A stretch of DNA of 24,570 bases from Candidatus Latescibacterota bacterium (lineage in GTDB: Bacteria; Latescibacterota; UBA2968; UBA8231): contig CBDBIJ010000094.1 in NCBI GenBank assembly GCA_965205655.1, positions 1 through 24,570 on the forward strand, read 5' to 3'. The position numbers were made by a program, and so were the translations under genes. This document shows, in pieces, positions 1 through 9,176 of this stretch (positions are counted from its first letter, which is position 1; each line of letters begins with the position of its first letter). The notes under the pieces were generated by a model. That model saw nothing but the letters and a program-made list of their open reading frames with translations, did no database searches and had not been told where the DNA came from.

Positions 1-78
1 CCGTATGGGATTCGTCCGTGACTGGCCTTGTGGGATAGCCCGACCATCACCCGGAGATTGCGGCGGCTCGTTGGTGAG

Positions 79-813
79 ATGAAAGCAGTTGTCTTAGCAG
101 CTGGACAGGGTACCCGAATCAATACGGGTCGGATCATTGTCCCCAAGCCGCTCTACTCCATCGGTCGCAGGGCGCTGATCGAGCACGCGATATTGAATTT
201 GAAGCAGGCCGGCATCGATGAATTCGTCATCATCGTGGGTTTCATGGCCGAGCACATCAAAGAACAACTCAAAGATGGCACCGCTTTGGGAGTGAGCATT
301 TCGTACCTGGACAATCCAGAGTTCGAAAAGGAGGTGGGAGTTTCTGCTCTTCTGGCCAGGGAAGCTGTTCCCGATGAAAGGTTCCTCCTGACGATGGCCG
401 ATCACGTCATCGATCCAGAGATAACAGGGCAGCTCCGCGAGAGGATGAAAACCTCGGACAGGTGCATCCTGTGTGTGGACAGAAAGCTGTCTCATGTAAA
501 CGATATAGAGAGCGCGACCAAGGTTCTGGAGAAGGACGGTTTCATAGCGAGTCTCGGCTGGCATATCGAGGAGTACAATTGCATCGACTGCGGATTGTTC
601 GGGATGACGCCCCGGATTTTTGACGGGCTCGTGGAGGCACAGAGGAAAGGGAAGTGGACCCTCAGCGATGGTGTCACCGAACTGATCAGACAGGAGGGAT
701 TTCCCGTACTCGACATCGGGGACCGGACTTGGACGGGGGTCAATACCCGGTCAGATCTGATCTTCTGTGAGGACCTGATAGAAAAGCAGGGGTGGAGAGC
801 CGACGGCCAATAG
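79..813 (+). CDS. Nucleotidyltransferase (NTP_transferase; inositol-1-phosphate/phosphocholine cytidylyltransferase-like)
   Basis: N-terminal MKAVVLAAGQGTR and PKPL motifs, then FLLTMADH and IDCGLF. ATG at 79 follows GGTGAG and is preferred over the TTG at 28. Confidence 0.85.
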   Translation: MKAVVLAAGQGTRINTGRIIVPKPLYSIGRRALIEHAILNLKQAGIDEFVIIVGFMAEHIKEQLKDGTALGVSISYLDNPEFEKEVGVSALLAREAVPDERFLLTMADHVIDPEITGQLRERMKTSDRCILCVDRKLSHVNDIESATKVLEKDGFIASLGWHIEEYNCIDCGLFGMTPRIFDGLVEAQRKGKWTLSDGVTELIRQEGFPVLDIGDRTWTGVNTRSDLIFCEDLIEKQGWRADGQ

Positions 814-821
814 GATCCGGC

Positions 822-1691
822 TCAATCGATCCCGAGAAGTTCCAACACCTCTGGACCGGGCGAGATCTGAGCGCGCGGCTGCTGCACGACATTCGTCCCG
901 GCGACGCAGGCAGCCTCGAGGGCGCGCTCCGGGTCCACCCCGAGCAAGAGGCCCGCTCCCAGAACACCGCTGAATGCGTCTCCGGCACCGACCGCATCAG
1001 AAACCTGAACTTTCTGTCCGGGATGGGTGAACTTCTCGCCGCCGGAGTACAGGTCAGCGCCGCGCTCGCCTTTCGTCACCGCCACCATCTCGATCTGAAA
1101 ATCATCCATCAGCGATTCCACGGTGTCATCGCCAGTCGCCTCACTCACAAGCTCGAGCTCCTCGTCGGTCAGTTTGAGAGCTGTCGTGACGCGCAATAGC
1201 GGTGGCAGCAGGTCTGGCGTGTAGTATCCATGGCGCAGATTGACGTCGTAAAAACGGTGGCGTGGATCAAGCGCGAGAAGCTCACCGAGGGCTTCGCGGT
1301 TGGCGGCTCTTCGTTGCGCCACGGTACCGAAATAGATCAGTTGGGGAGGGGGCTCCGGGGTGCGAGCCAGGGCGATGTGGTCCCATGCCGAGTCGTTGAT
1401 CCTGAACTTCGGCTCGCCATCAACGAACCACACGTCTACCGTTCCCGTCGGCTCGGGGCGATCGATGATGTAGGAGACATCGACGCCGGAGGCTGCCAAA
1501 AATTCGCGGATCTCCGTCCCCAGCTCGTCGGGGCCGACGGCGCTGACCGTGGCCGTGGGTATGCCCAGCTCTGCGAGGTACCAGGCGAAGTTGAGGGAGG
1601 CGCCGCCGATTGCCCGATGGTCTTCGAAGACATCGACCAGCACCTCACCGAAGGAAAACGCTATGGGCGGGGGACGCGACACGGTCGTCAA
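822..1691 (-). CDS. PfkB-family carbohydrate kinase (fructokinase-like)
   Basis: FGEVLVD, GGASLN, VGPDELG, YDVNLR, TKGERGA and the PfkB signature DAVGAGDAF. Start codon is uncertain (TTG 1691 or GTG 1682). Confidence 0.9.
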   Translation of the reverse strand: MTTVSRPPPIAFSFGEVLVDVFEDHRAIGGASLNFAWYLAELGIPTATVSAVGPDELGTEIREFLAASGVDVSYIIDRPEPTGTVDVWFVDGEPKFRINDSAWDHIALARTPEPPPQLIYFGTVAQRRAANREALGELLALDPRHRFYDVNLRHGYYTPDLLPPLLRVTTALKLTDEELELVSEATGDDTVESLMDDFQIEMVAVTKGERGADLYSGGEKFTHPGQKVQVSDAVGAGDAFSGVLGAGLLLGVDPERALEAACVAGTNVVQQPRAQISPGPEVLELLGID

Positions 1692-1724
1692 TTGGCAGCG
1701 TAAGCGCAGAGTATAGATTCGCTC

Positions 1725-2032
1725 GTGAGTGGCATCACGGATGGGCCTTTGACGACCTGAACTGGGAAGATGAGGACGGCAGTGTCTCGAGCGATCTCGC
1801 CGAGGGCGGGACCATGGGCTTCACCCTGATTTTCGCGGACTTCGACGGACCATTGGGCGACAACGAGCCCAACAGCGAGACCGCCAACACAACATACGAT
1901 GGCTACTGGGCCACCGGAGGCTTCGATGCTGGCATCGACGCGAGTGATTTCTTTTTGGCCCCCCTCGAGCCCAGCATTTTCACGGCGGTGGAGATCGAGA
2001 CCTGGGGCCGGCTGAAGTCTCGCTTCCGCTAA
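1725..2032 (+). pseudogene. 3' remnant of a putative secreted protein with a C-terminal TAVE..TWGRxK motif
   Basis: Protein-like acidic sequence AFDDLNWEDEDGSVSSDLAEGGTMGFTLIFADFD...DFFLAPLEPSIFTAVEIETWGRLKSRFR*. There is no room for an N-terminus before the divergent PfkB gene at 1691. The left boundary is approximate. Confidence 0.65.
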
Positions 2033-2062
2033 GGTGTCAGGTTCCAGCCGAGGGGAGAACCA

Positions 2063-2974
2063 CTATGCGGGCAGCTGCCGCCCGGTGTGCGCCCGTCCCT
2101 CCCTAGCCGTGTCCTCGCGCCCGCCGGCGATGACCCGCGCCCCGGCGTCGATCTTGTCGGCGATCGTTTCGGGCGCGCCGCTGTCCAGAAAAGCCACGCC
2201 GTTGTGCAGGCATGCCGCCTTGACGCGCTCATGGGTCTGTTGCATTACGGCCGGCCGGGGCTGTGGCATCTTCCGGTAACCCAGAGACATACTCAGGTCC
2301 CCCGGCCCCATCTCGGCAAAGCCGATGCCGGGCACGGCCAGGATCTCCTCGATATGGGGCAGGGCAGCCTTGGATTCGATCTTGAGCCCCAAAAGCAACT
2401 CGCCCCCCGGGTTGAGGGGCCAGGGGTCGGCCCTGGCAAGATAGCTGTCGCCGTCTACGCCCCACACCTCCGCGCACACCGGCTCCGAGCCCACGCCACG
2501 CGTGCCTATGCCGAGCTCTTCGCCGACGCCAATTTCATTGACTGGATACCGACACGACTCGACAAATGCCCTGACCGCGCCCGCCGACTCGGCCTGGCAT
2601 AACAGGATTCCGTGCGACCCCCGGCCCAGAATCTGTCGAAACTGCCAGGCATTGTAGCGCACGATTTCCTCCGACACCCCCTCGACCGGCGCCTCGACGA
2701 TCACGGCCGGGGTGCGATGCCCGCTCCGGGTCGGTCCCCCGTCGACGAGCCCACGAAGATAGTCGTCCAATCCGGCCAGGTTGAACGTCCCGTGCTCCAT
2801 GCCGACGTTGATGTAGTCGGCCCAGGTACCGGCGTCCTCCTTGCCCTGTTCGTAGGTCAGCACGTGTCCGGAGTGAGCGCCGGTGTAATAGATGGGCTGG
2901 TCAGCCGCGAGGAGTTCGACGGCGCGATTTATCCTACTACCTGCCTCCAATAGCTCCTCCTCCTCAGTGGTCAT
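2063..2974 (-). CDS. HpcH/HpaI aldolase / citrate-lyase-family protein
   Basis: MEHG, KIES and EMGPGDLSMSLG motifs. AGGAG RBS upstream. Directly downstream of the phosphatase on the same strand. Confidence 0.85.
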   Translation of the reverse strand: MTTEEEELLEAGSRINRAVELLAADQPIYYTGAHSGHVLTYEQGKEDAGTWADYINVGMEHGTFNLAGLDDYLRGLVDGGPTRSGHRTPAVIVEAPVEGVSEEIVRYNAWQFRQILGRGSHGILLCQAESAGAVRAFVESCRYPVNEIGVGEELGIGTRGVGSEPVCAEVWGVDGDSYLARADPWPLNPGGELLLGLKIESKAALPHIEEILAVPGIGFAEMGPGDLSMSLGYRKMPQPRPAVMQQTHERVKAACLHNGVAFLDSGAPETIADKIDAGARVIAGGREDTAREGRAHTGRQLPA

Positions 2975-2990
2975 CGCTCCTTCGTCCTCC

Positions 2991-3749
2991 TCACTCCAAG
3001 AGGGCCTCGCGCAAGGCCTCCATCTCCTCTTCGCTCACGCCGATGTTTCGGGCGTACCCGACGATACCACAGTAGCGTTCCTCCAGAGTTCGGAGTACGC
3101 CCAGCATCGTGTCCGGGCGACATACTTTCCGCCGATGATCCTCCAAGGTGTAGGTCTCAGCGGACAGCTCGGGATGGGTTTGCAGGTGGCGGGCGTAGCT
3201 GAATTCTGCTGTGAGCGCGAAGTCCTCCGCTATGGTCTCCTCCGGGACTCCGACGATGCCCAGCACCAGGCCGATAATGAGACCGGTCCGTTCGGTGCCG
3301 CCGGCGCAGTGTACGAGCGCCGGCAACGTGCCCGGGCGAGCGAGCAGGGAGAGGGTGTCCTGGATGTGGGATTTGCGGCGATCGAGAACTACCGAATACG
3401 ACCAGCGCATATGCTCGACGTAATCCAGCTCGCCGGGGATGTGCTCCCGTTCACGCATCAACGTATCCCCGACCATGCTCTGATGATAGTAATCGACTTT
3501 GTCGGAGCCGAAGAAGACATTCCGCTTGCTCTGTGTTTCATGGCTTTTCCTCAAATCGAGCACCGATCGCAAGCCAAAATCCAGAAGCACCTGCTCCGAA
3601 GCGGGCGACAGCTCGTGCAGCGAGTCGGACCGCAGCAGTGCGCCCCAGCGAGTCGTTCTCCCGTCGCGGGTTGCATATCCGCCGATGTCCCGCGTATTGA
3701 CGGTTCCTTCGAGCTTCAGAAGTCGCCTTGGGTCGAGTTCCTCAGTCAT
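2991..3749 (-). CDS. Tyrosine-protein phosphatase family (IphP/MptpB-like, Y_phosphatase3)
   Basis: NTRDIGGY, LLRSDSL, VLDLR and the CX5R P-loop VHCAGGTERTG. GAGGAG RBS. Confidence 0.9.
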   Translation of the reverse strand: MTEELDPRRLLKLEGTVNTRDIGGYATRDGRTTRWGALLRSDSLHELSPASEQVLLDFGLRSVLDLRKSHETQSKRNVFFGSDKVDYYHQSMVGDTLMREREHIPGELDYVEHMRWSYSVVLDRRKSHIQDTLSLLARPGTLPALVHCAGGTERTGLIIGLVLGIVGVPEETIAEDFALTAEFSYARHLQTHPELSAETYTLEDHRRKVCRPDTMLGVLRTLEERYCGIVGYARNIGVSEEEMEALREALLE

Positions 3750-3827
3750 CTATTATTATCTCCTCGATAATCTCCGTCCTTCTGTTTCTCGGGAGCGGAA
3801 TTTAGGCAACGTGAGAGGTGAAGAGCA

Positions 3828-4571
3828 ATGGGTTCTGAAACAGGGCGAGCACTGGTCACGGGCGCCGCCGGCGGAATCGGTCGCGCCGTCGTCGAGAACC
3901 TCATCGGGAGAGGCGTAGCGGTCACCGCCGTCGACATCGATGAGGAGGGAATGCGCGAGGCTTTCGGCGGCGATGCCGATATACTGGCGGCAGACCTCGG
4001 TGATATCGCGCAGCGAGAGGCCGTTTGCGAAGCCGGGAGCGGTTGCGATTACCTCGTGAACGCCGCGGGCATCCTTCGTCTCACGCCGATCACGGAGGTC
4101 ACTGTCGATGAGTGGCGTGAGGTGATGCGGATAAACGCCGAGGCCACGTTCTTCCTGTGCCAGAAGATCGGTCGCACCATGCCGGCCGGCGGAGCGATCG
4201 TGAATCTTTCATCGGCTTCAGCAAAGCTCGCCACCACGACCGAGTCCGCTGTCTATGCCGCCTCGAAGACGGCAATCCTCTCCGTGACTCGTTCTTTCGC
4301 CTATGCACTCGCACACATACCGGTGCGCGTCAACGCCGTCTGTCCCGGCATTATCGATACATCCATGCAGGAGCTGATACTGGAACGAGTGGCGCCTATG
4401 AGGGGGGTGACGGCGGACGAACTGCAGCGGGTCCGCCACGCGGCCATACCGCTGGGGCGGACCGGTGCACCTGAAGAGCTCGCCGGCTACATATGGTTTC
4501 TGCTGTCGTCCGACGCCGGCTACATCACCGGCCAAGCACTGAACTACGGAGGAGGCCTCGTCACATATTGA
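3828..4571 (+). CDS. Classical short-chain dehydrogenase/reductase
   Basis: TGAAGGIG Rossmann motif, VNAAG, YAASK catalytic motif, VNAVCPG, ITGQ. GAGGTG RBS. Confidence 0.95.
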   Translation: MGSETGRALVTGAAGGIGRAVVENLIGRGVAVTAVDIDEEGMREAFGGDADILAADLGDIAQREAVCEAGSGCDYLVNAAGILRLTPITEVTVDEWREVMRINAEATFFLCQKIGRTMPAGGAIVNLSSASAKLATTTESAVYAASKTAILSVTRSFAYALAHIPVRVNAVCPGIIDTSMQELILERVAPMRGVTADELQRVRHAAIPLGRTGAPEELAGYIWFLLSSDAGYITGQALNYGGGLVTY

Positions 4572-4611
4572 TCGCGGAGCCATTCTCGCAGGTGAGCGGT
4601 CGAGGGCACAA

Positions 4612-5745
4612 TCAGCCGTTGATCCCCAACACCCGTGTCGCCGTGCCGCCCATGATGAGCGCCAGGTCGCCATCGCTCAGTCCTACCGAGGGCGCAAAAT
4701 GCCGCTCGAGCCAGTAGCGGGACTGGCGGTAGGTGCAGAAGCGGTTCTGGAACGGCATGTCAGTGCCGTACATCAACTGATCCGGGCCAATGCGCTCGAC
4801 CATCGCCTGCAGTGACGGCCAGACCTGACCGTACGGGTAGTCGAAAATGTCGCCTAGGCGCACGGGGAAGCACACCTCGAAGCACAGGTTCGGGTTCTCG
4901 AATGGTTCCCATATCATGTCAGGTAGGGAAATGCTGTCGCCGTCCAGGTAGACACGCCACGGGAAGCCGTGAGTGAGGTTACATATCATTGTCGGATATT
5001 TTTCCATAAGCCGCATGAGGATGCGAAGCTCGCCGACATAGCCCGCTTGCTGCACTGTGTCGGGGCCGGTCGCGTCAGCGCACCCCGGCCCGGTACCCAA
5101 AGTGAAAAACACCGGCACACCCAGCGTTGAAAGGGCGGACCAGAGCTGCTGGTACGGCCCCCTATCCCAAGGCTCCGGGCTAACGGCGTAGCCGGAGCAG
5201 TTGAACTTGATAGCGTGGAGCCCCAGATCCTGAATAGCCGTGGTAACGCCCTCGATCACCGCATCGACGTTGCTGTGAATCTGCAGTTCGTCTATCAGCG
5301 CCATCGACAGGATGCGGTGCGGGTATTTTTGTACGCACTCGGCCTGGAATTCGTTGCTCTCGCCCAGCATCGAGTCGGTGTGAAGTAGTACCTTGTCGAT
5401 GCCGGCGTAGTCCATTTCGCCAATGAGGCTGTGCGGCGTAAACTCGAGATTCCTCAGGTTGGGTGGGTAGAAGTGTTTTGTGTAGGTCTCTCCCTCGTAG
5501 TCCCACAGGACGCGGCCAACATCCTTGTCGATTCGGAAATTGACGTCCGGCAGGTCGTCTGACGAGGCAGTAGCGGTTGGGTCGAGGACAGCCGACGGCC
5601 CCTCGACGCCGTCGCGGATCCGAAAGGCGGGCTGATGGTGGTGTGCCTGAGCTTTCTGAACGACGCGAAGGTGCTCCTCGGCGCCGGCATACCCCCTGGG
5701 GCTGTCGGCCGGCTCGAAGCAGTATGCGTGGGAGTCGATGATCAT
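4612..5745 (-). CDS. Amidohydrolase-2 family protein
   Basis: N-terminal IIDSHAY, EMDYAGID, THGFPW and C-terminal LMYGTDMPF...IMGGTA. Confidence 0.85.
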   Translation of the reverse strand: MIIDSHAYCFEPADSPRGYAGAEEHLRVVQKAQAHHHQPAFRIRDGVEGPSAVLDPTATASSDDLPDVNFRIDKDVGRVLWDYEGETYTKHFYPPNLRNLEFTPHSLIGEMDYAGIDKVLLHTDSMLGESNEFQAECVQKYPHRILSMALIDELQIHSNVDAVIEGVTTAIQDLGLHAIKFNCSGYAVSPEPWDRGPYQQLWSALSTLGVPVFFTLGTGPGCADATGPDTVQQAGYVGELRILMRLMEKYPTMICNLTHGFPWRVYLDGDSISLPDMIWEPFENPNLCFEVCFPVRLGDIFDYPYGQVWPSLQAMVERIGPDQLMYGTDMPFQNRFCTYRQSRYWLERHFAPSVGLSDGDLALIMGGTATRVLGING

Positions 5746-5835
5746 GGATCACACGAAGCTGGTCGATCTGGCAATCGCTCGCAAGATTTGCGCGACCGGC
5801 ACCGGTGGCTACATTGCCGGACTACTCCGCAGTGG

Positions 5836-6312
5836 CTAGCACGCGGTCGCGCCCGGTGGTGGGGAATCGCGCTCGGCGAACTCCAGCCAGTTCCCCTCTG
5901 GGTCCTGAAAATAACAGGCCTTTTTCGCCCAGGGATATTCCGCGTCAGGGCGGACTGCGGGAGAGCTGACAAACCTGATACCTGACGACGACAGCGCCTG
6001 GTGGAAAGCATCCAGATCGTCCACGACGAAACCGAGGTGAGCGGTCCCGATTTCGTTGCAGCTCCTGGTCTCCGACTCGACGCCGGCAGGATTGAGATAC
6101 TGCAACAACTCGATGGAGTGTCTCATGTCTCCGATTCCCAGAGTGACCGCATGGAGCTTGGCGTCGGGGTACCCGGTGAGTTTGGAAATTCTCTCCCCTT
6201 CGATTACGGCATTTCTCTCCTCCACAAAACCAAGGGTGTCCCGGTAGAAAGCGAGGGCCTGCTCCATATCGCGGACCACGAAGCCGGTGTGATTCATCCA
6301 TTGCACTTTCAC
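5836..6312 (-). CDS. VOC/glyoxalase-family protein
   Basis: NHTGFVVRD..ALAFYRD.LG, IELLQY, HLGFVVDD and YFQDPEGNWLE. GTG start at 6312 follows GAGGAGGG; the longer start in the ORF track overlaps the divergent gene. Confidence 0.9.
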   Translation of the reverse strand: MKVQWMNHTGFVVRDMEQALAFYRDTLGFVEERNAVIEGERISKLTGYPDAKLHAVTLGIGDMRHSIELLQYLNPAGVESETRSCNEIGTAHLGFVVDDLDAFHQALSSSGIRFVSSPAVRPDAEYPWAKKACYFQDPEGNWLEFAERDSPPPGATAC

Positions 6313-6401
6313 GATGCCCTCCTCTGCTGGTTGTGCGGTCGCCGTGAAGTCAGCCGATTCCGCGCCGACATCCTCGAGCCAGCTGGAAACTCGATGTTGC
6401 G

Positions 6402-7370
6402 ATGAGCGCCGACAAGACCATCCCCATATGCGACCCACACTTCCATCTGTGGGACCTCCCCAATCGCCCCAATGCCAACCTCGGTGAGGCGACGCTCGAG
6501 CGACTGCCGGCCTATCTGGCCTCTCACTACGAGGCAGACATGAGCGAGCTACCTGCCCAATTGCAGCTTGTGTCCGGAGTCCATGTGGAGACCATCGTCG
6601 GACAGATGGAAGGGGGAGCTGCGCTCGACCCGGTTGGCGAGACGAAATGGGTGCGCTCTGAGCTCGAATCGATGCCGGAGGACCTTCCCTTCGGCATCGT
6701 CGCTTACGTCCACCTGGCCCGGGACACGGCGAAAGCAGAGCAGTTGCTGCAGCAGCACAGCGAGAAATCCGGCGGGCATCTGCGCGGTGTCCGCATGATC
6801 CTCAACCACCATCCCCACAACCCGGACCTGACCTGGCCTCAAGTGGAGAGCGGTGAGCTTGTGCGCAGCGACCTCTTCCGCGAAGGCGTCGACCTGCTGG
6901 AAAGTGGCGGCTGGTCGTTCGATCTGCAGTGCAATCCGCATCAGATCATGGATGCGGCCGAACTCTTTCGGGACTTCCCCACGCTCCGGGTTGTCGTAAA
7001 CCATCTCGGCAATCTCCACGACGGAGAAGATGAAGCGCACGAACAGGTGTGGCGCGAGGGAATGCGCGCACTGGCCGCGCTCCCAAATATCTACGTGAAG
7101 CTGTCAATGCTCTGGTTTGCCCGAGATGGTTACCACCGGGACGCGGCAAAAGAGGCCAAGGTGCGGGATTTGGTGCGGGAAGTCATCGAGACGTTCGGAA
7201 GCGGGAGGTGTATGTTCGCCAGCAATTATCCCGTAGACAAGGTAGCGGGCGTCAGCGTTCCAGATCTGTACGGCATGTTCCTACGTTGGACGGAGGACCT
7301 GCCGCAGGCCGACCGATCCGCCCTCTTTCACAATACCGCCGCACAAGCCTACGCCATGACCGCCACGTAA
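6402..7370 (+). CDS. Amidohydrolase-2 family, L-fuconolactone-hydrolase-like (COG3618 type)
   Basis: DPHFHLWD, VHVE, GVRMIL, SFDLQ, VVNHLG, YVKLS and CMFASNYPVD motifs. Confidence 0.88.
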   Translation: MSADKTIPICDPHFHLWDLPNRPNANLGEATLERLPAYLASHYEADMSELPAQLQLVSGVHVETIVGQMEGGAALDPVGETKWVRSELESMPEDLPFGIVAYVHLARDTAKAEQLLQQHSEKSGGHLRGVRMILNHHPHNPDLTWPQVESGELVRSDLFREGVDLLESGGWSFDLQCNPHQIMDAAELFRDFPTLRVVVNHLGNLHDGEDEAHEQVWREGMRALAALPNIYVKLSMLWFARDGYHRDAAKEAKVRDLVREVIETFGSGRCMFASNYPVDKVAGVSVPDLYGMFLRWTEDLPQADRSALFHNTAAQAYAMTAT

Positions 7371-7378
7371 ATCGATTC

Positions 7379-8179
7379 CTACACATCCAGCAAGACGCGC
7401 ATTTCCTCTGTCAGCCTGGCCTCGGTTTCGGCCCGGAGATATTTCCTTTGATCCGTCTGTTGCGGAAGTTCGCGGCGGACAAACGCCATGTGCGCCACCC
7501 GTCTGGATCTGTCGCTGTGGTTCACAGCGCCGCGGTGCCAGGTGTGAGCATTGAATACTACGACTGTACCTGCCGGGGCAGTCACAGGCATCTCATCGGG
7601 ATGCGGTCTTCCGGGGTCATCCATCATTTCGGCCGGCGCTTTCTTGAACTGGTGTGAGCCGGGAACAAGTCTAGTCGCACCATTCTCCTCGGAAAGGCTG
7701 TCGAGCAGCCATAAGGAGTTGGCAACGAAGTATTCTCCAGCTTCGAACCGCCGTTGGGCGTCCGGATTTGCCGGTGCCCAATCCATGTGCAACGGCTGGA
7801 GACCCTGTCCGCGCATCGGAAAGCGACAGTTGAGCGAATGCACCTTGAAATCGGACGTCAGAATATGCCCGATGCCTGCCAGTAGGCGGGGATGGGTGTA
7901 GCAAAGATCGAACATGGGATCCTTATTGATCAGATCGCTCAACCGTTTCGTGCCCGCTTCCTGATTCACTTCCTTGCCAGCATCCTCGCCTTCAATCCTG
8001 ATGAGTTCCTCCAGGCGAGCTCCAAGTGACGCTATCTGCTCCGGGGTCATTAAGTCCGGCAGGGGGAGGTAGCCTTTTTCATCCAGAAACCTCTTTTCAT
8101 CCTCGGAAAACCTCTTTTCATCCTCGGACAGTGTATCGTCCCGTACGCCCAGATTATGCAGTACGGCATCCATGTTCAT
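7379..8179 (-). CDS. Phytanoyl-CoA dioxygenase (PhyH) family Fe(II)/2-oxoglutarate dioxygenase
   Basis: QPLHMD (HxD), NGATRLVPGSH, WHRGAVN..R (distal His and Arg). Start is ATG 8179 or ATG 8173. Confidence 0.92.
   Translation of the reverse strand: MNMDAVLHNLGVRDDTLSEDEKRFSEDEKRFLDEKGYLPLPDLMTPEQIASLGARLEELIRIEGEDAGKEVNQEAGTKRLSDLINKDPMFDLCYTHPRLLAGIGHILTSDFKVHSLNCRFPMRGQGLQPLHMDWAPANPDAQRRFEAGEYFVANSLWLLDSLSEENGATRLVPGSHQFKKAPAEMMDDPGRPHPDEMPVTAPAGTVVVFNAHTWHRGAVNHSDRSRRVAHMAFVRRELPQQTDQRKYLRAETEARLTEEMRVLLDV
8087..8128. repeat. Perfect 21-bp tandem duplication inside the PhyH gene
   Basis: AAACCTCTTTTCATCCTCGGA at 8087-8107 and again at 8108-8128. It is in frame and gives SEDEKRF-SEDEKRF. 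Confidence 0.95.
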
Positions 8180-8222
8180 GGCGATCTACGGCTCTCGTGT
8201 GAGCGCAAATGCAGCGGGGGTA

Positions 8223-9043
8223 TCAGCCGTAGAATGTTTTTACCAGTTCGGCCGCCTTGCCGTCTACGGTCGCCGGATCCAGCGCGCCCTCGCCAAAGAC
8301 GACGGGAAAGGTCTGACCGGTGTCCAGCGTACGAGTTTCTGCGTCCATATACGTCACGCTGAAGGCGCGGCGGAGCGACGTGGTGACGTTGGTCCCCGAC
8401 CGGTGCAGCAGGTGGTTGTGCAGCAGGATGGCCTCCCCGGTTTCCGCCTCCAGTTCGGTCACCGCTTCCGGCGGAGCGTGCGGGTCTCATCCTCCTCGGG
8501 GAGGAAGTGCTGCTCGTTGATGATACCGTGCTGGTTGCTGCCCGGCACGATCTGCATGCAGCCGGTAGCCACAATCGCGTCGTCGAGCGCCGTCCACACA
8601 GTAGTGATGGGGTTCGTGTCGATGCCCCAGCCGATGCCCACGTCCTGGTGCCAGGGTATGGGCTGGATTTGCCCGGGGGCTTTGTTCATGAACATCGAGC
8701 GGAAGACGGACACCTCCTCGCCGATGTAGCGCCGGGCGATCTGGCGGAACAGATGATGCTGGATATACGCCAGGAAGAGTGGGTCCTGCTCGAGGTCGTC
8801 GATGCGCCGATACAAGAGTGTCGGCAGCTCGTTGCCCATGGTCCGGAGCAACGCACCGTCCTCTGCCACGCGCTGAAGCCGAATGTGCTCGTATCTGACG
8901 CGGCCCAGCATGATATCGTCGATACGTTGCTGCAGGGCGTCCAGTTCGTCAGCTGAGAGGACCTTGCCCAGCCGCAGATAGCCCTGCTCCATGAACTGGT
9001 CGTGGTGCGCATCCTCATAAGTGGCAAGAGCTTGCATGGCCAT
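8223..9043 (-). CDS. PhyH-family dioxygenase with a single-base frameshift near 8480 (about 273 aa when corrected)
   Basis: ORF 8459-9043 has PWHQD and GCMQIVPGS. ORF 8223-8462 supplies EAGE-like ETGE, LLHRSGTN and RRAFSVTY. Adding one base after CGC at ~8480 joins them as ...ETR[H/Y]APPEAVTELEA. Confidence 0.88.
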
Positions 9044-9176
9044 TTATGCTTGTTTATTTAACCCTGGACGCACTTTGAGCGGATGGCGGAAAACAGCAGG
9101 CTGCCCTTCGAAAGTATGGTGAAACGGTCTTGCTCTGTCGAGGGGTTTTCGAGGACGACACGCGCGAGGAGCGCAC

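Noticed and set aside
2..82. Open frame ending in an ATGA overlap with the nucleotidyltransferase start
   Set aside because: It could be the tail of an upstream gene, but 26 codons with no motif are too little to support a call.
2892..3770. Long overlapping ORFs in the track (e.g. 2892-3770, 12849-13562, 17631-18551, 21377-22324)
   Set aside because: They overlap well-supported genes, are Arg/Pro/Gly-rich or mirror-frame shadows, and carry no family motifs.
3755..3771. ATTATC-N5-GATAAT palindrome enclosing the phosphatase RBS, with a loose Fur-box look
   Set aside because: Only a 6-bp AT-rich stem, with spacing and orientation that do not match a Fur box, and no iron-related context.
8459..8490. 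Programmed frameshift or TGA recoding in the split PhyH gene
   Set aside because: The TGA is out of frame with the downstream half and there is no slippery heptamer. A single missing base explains the split.
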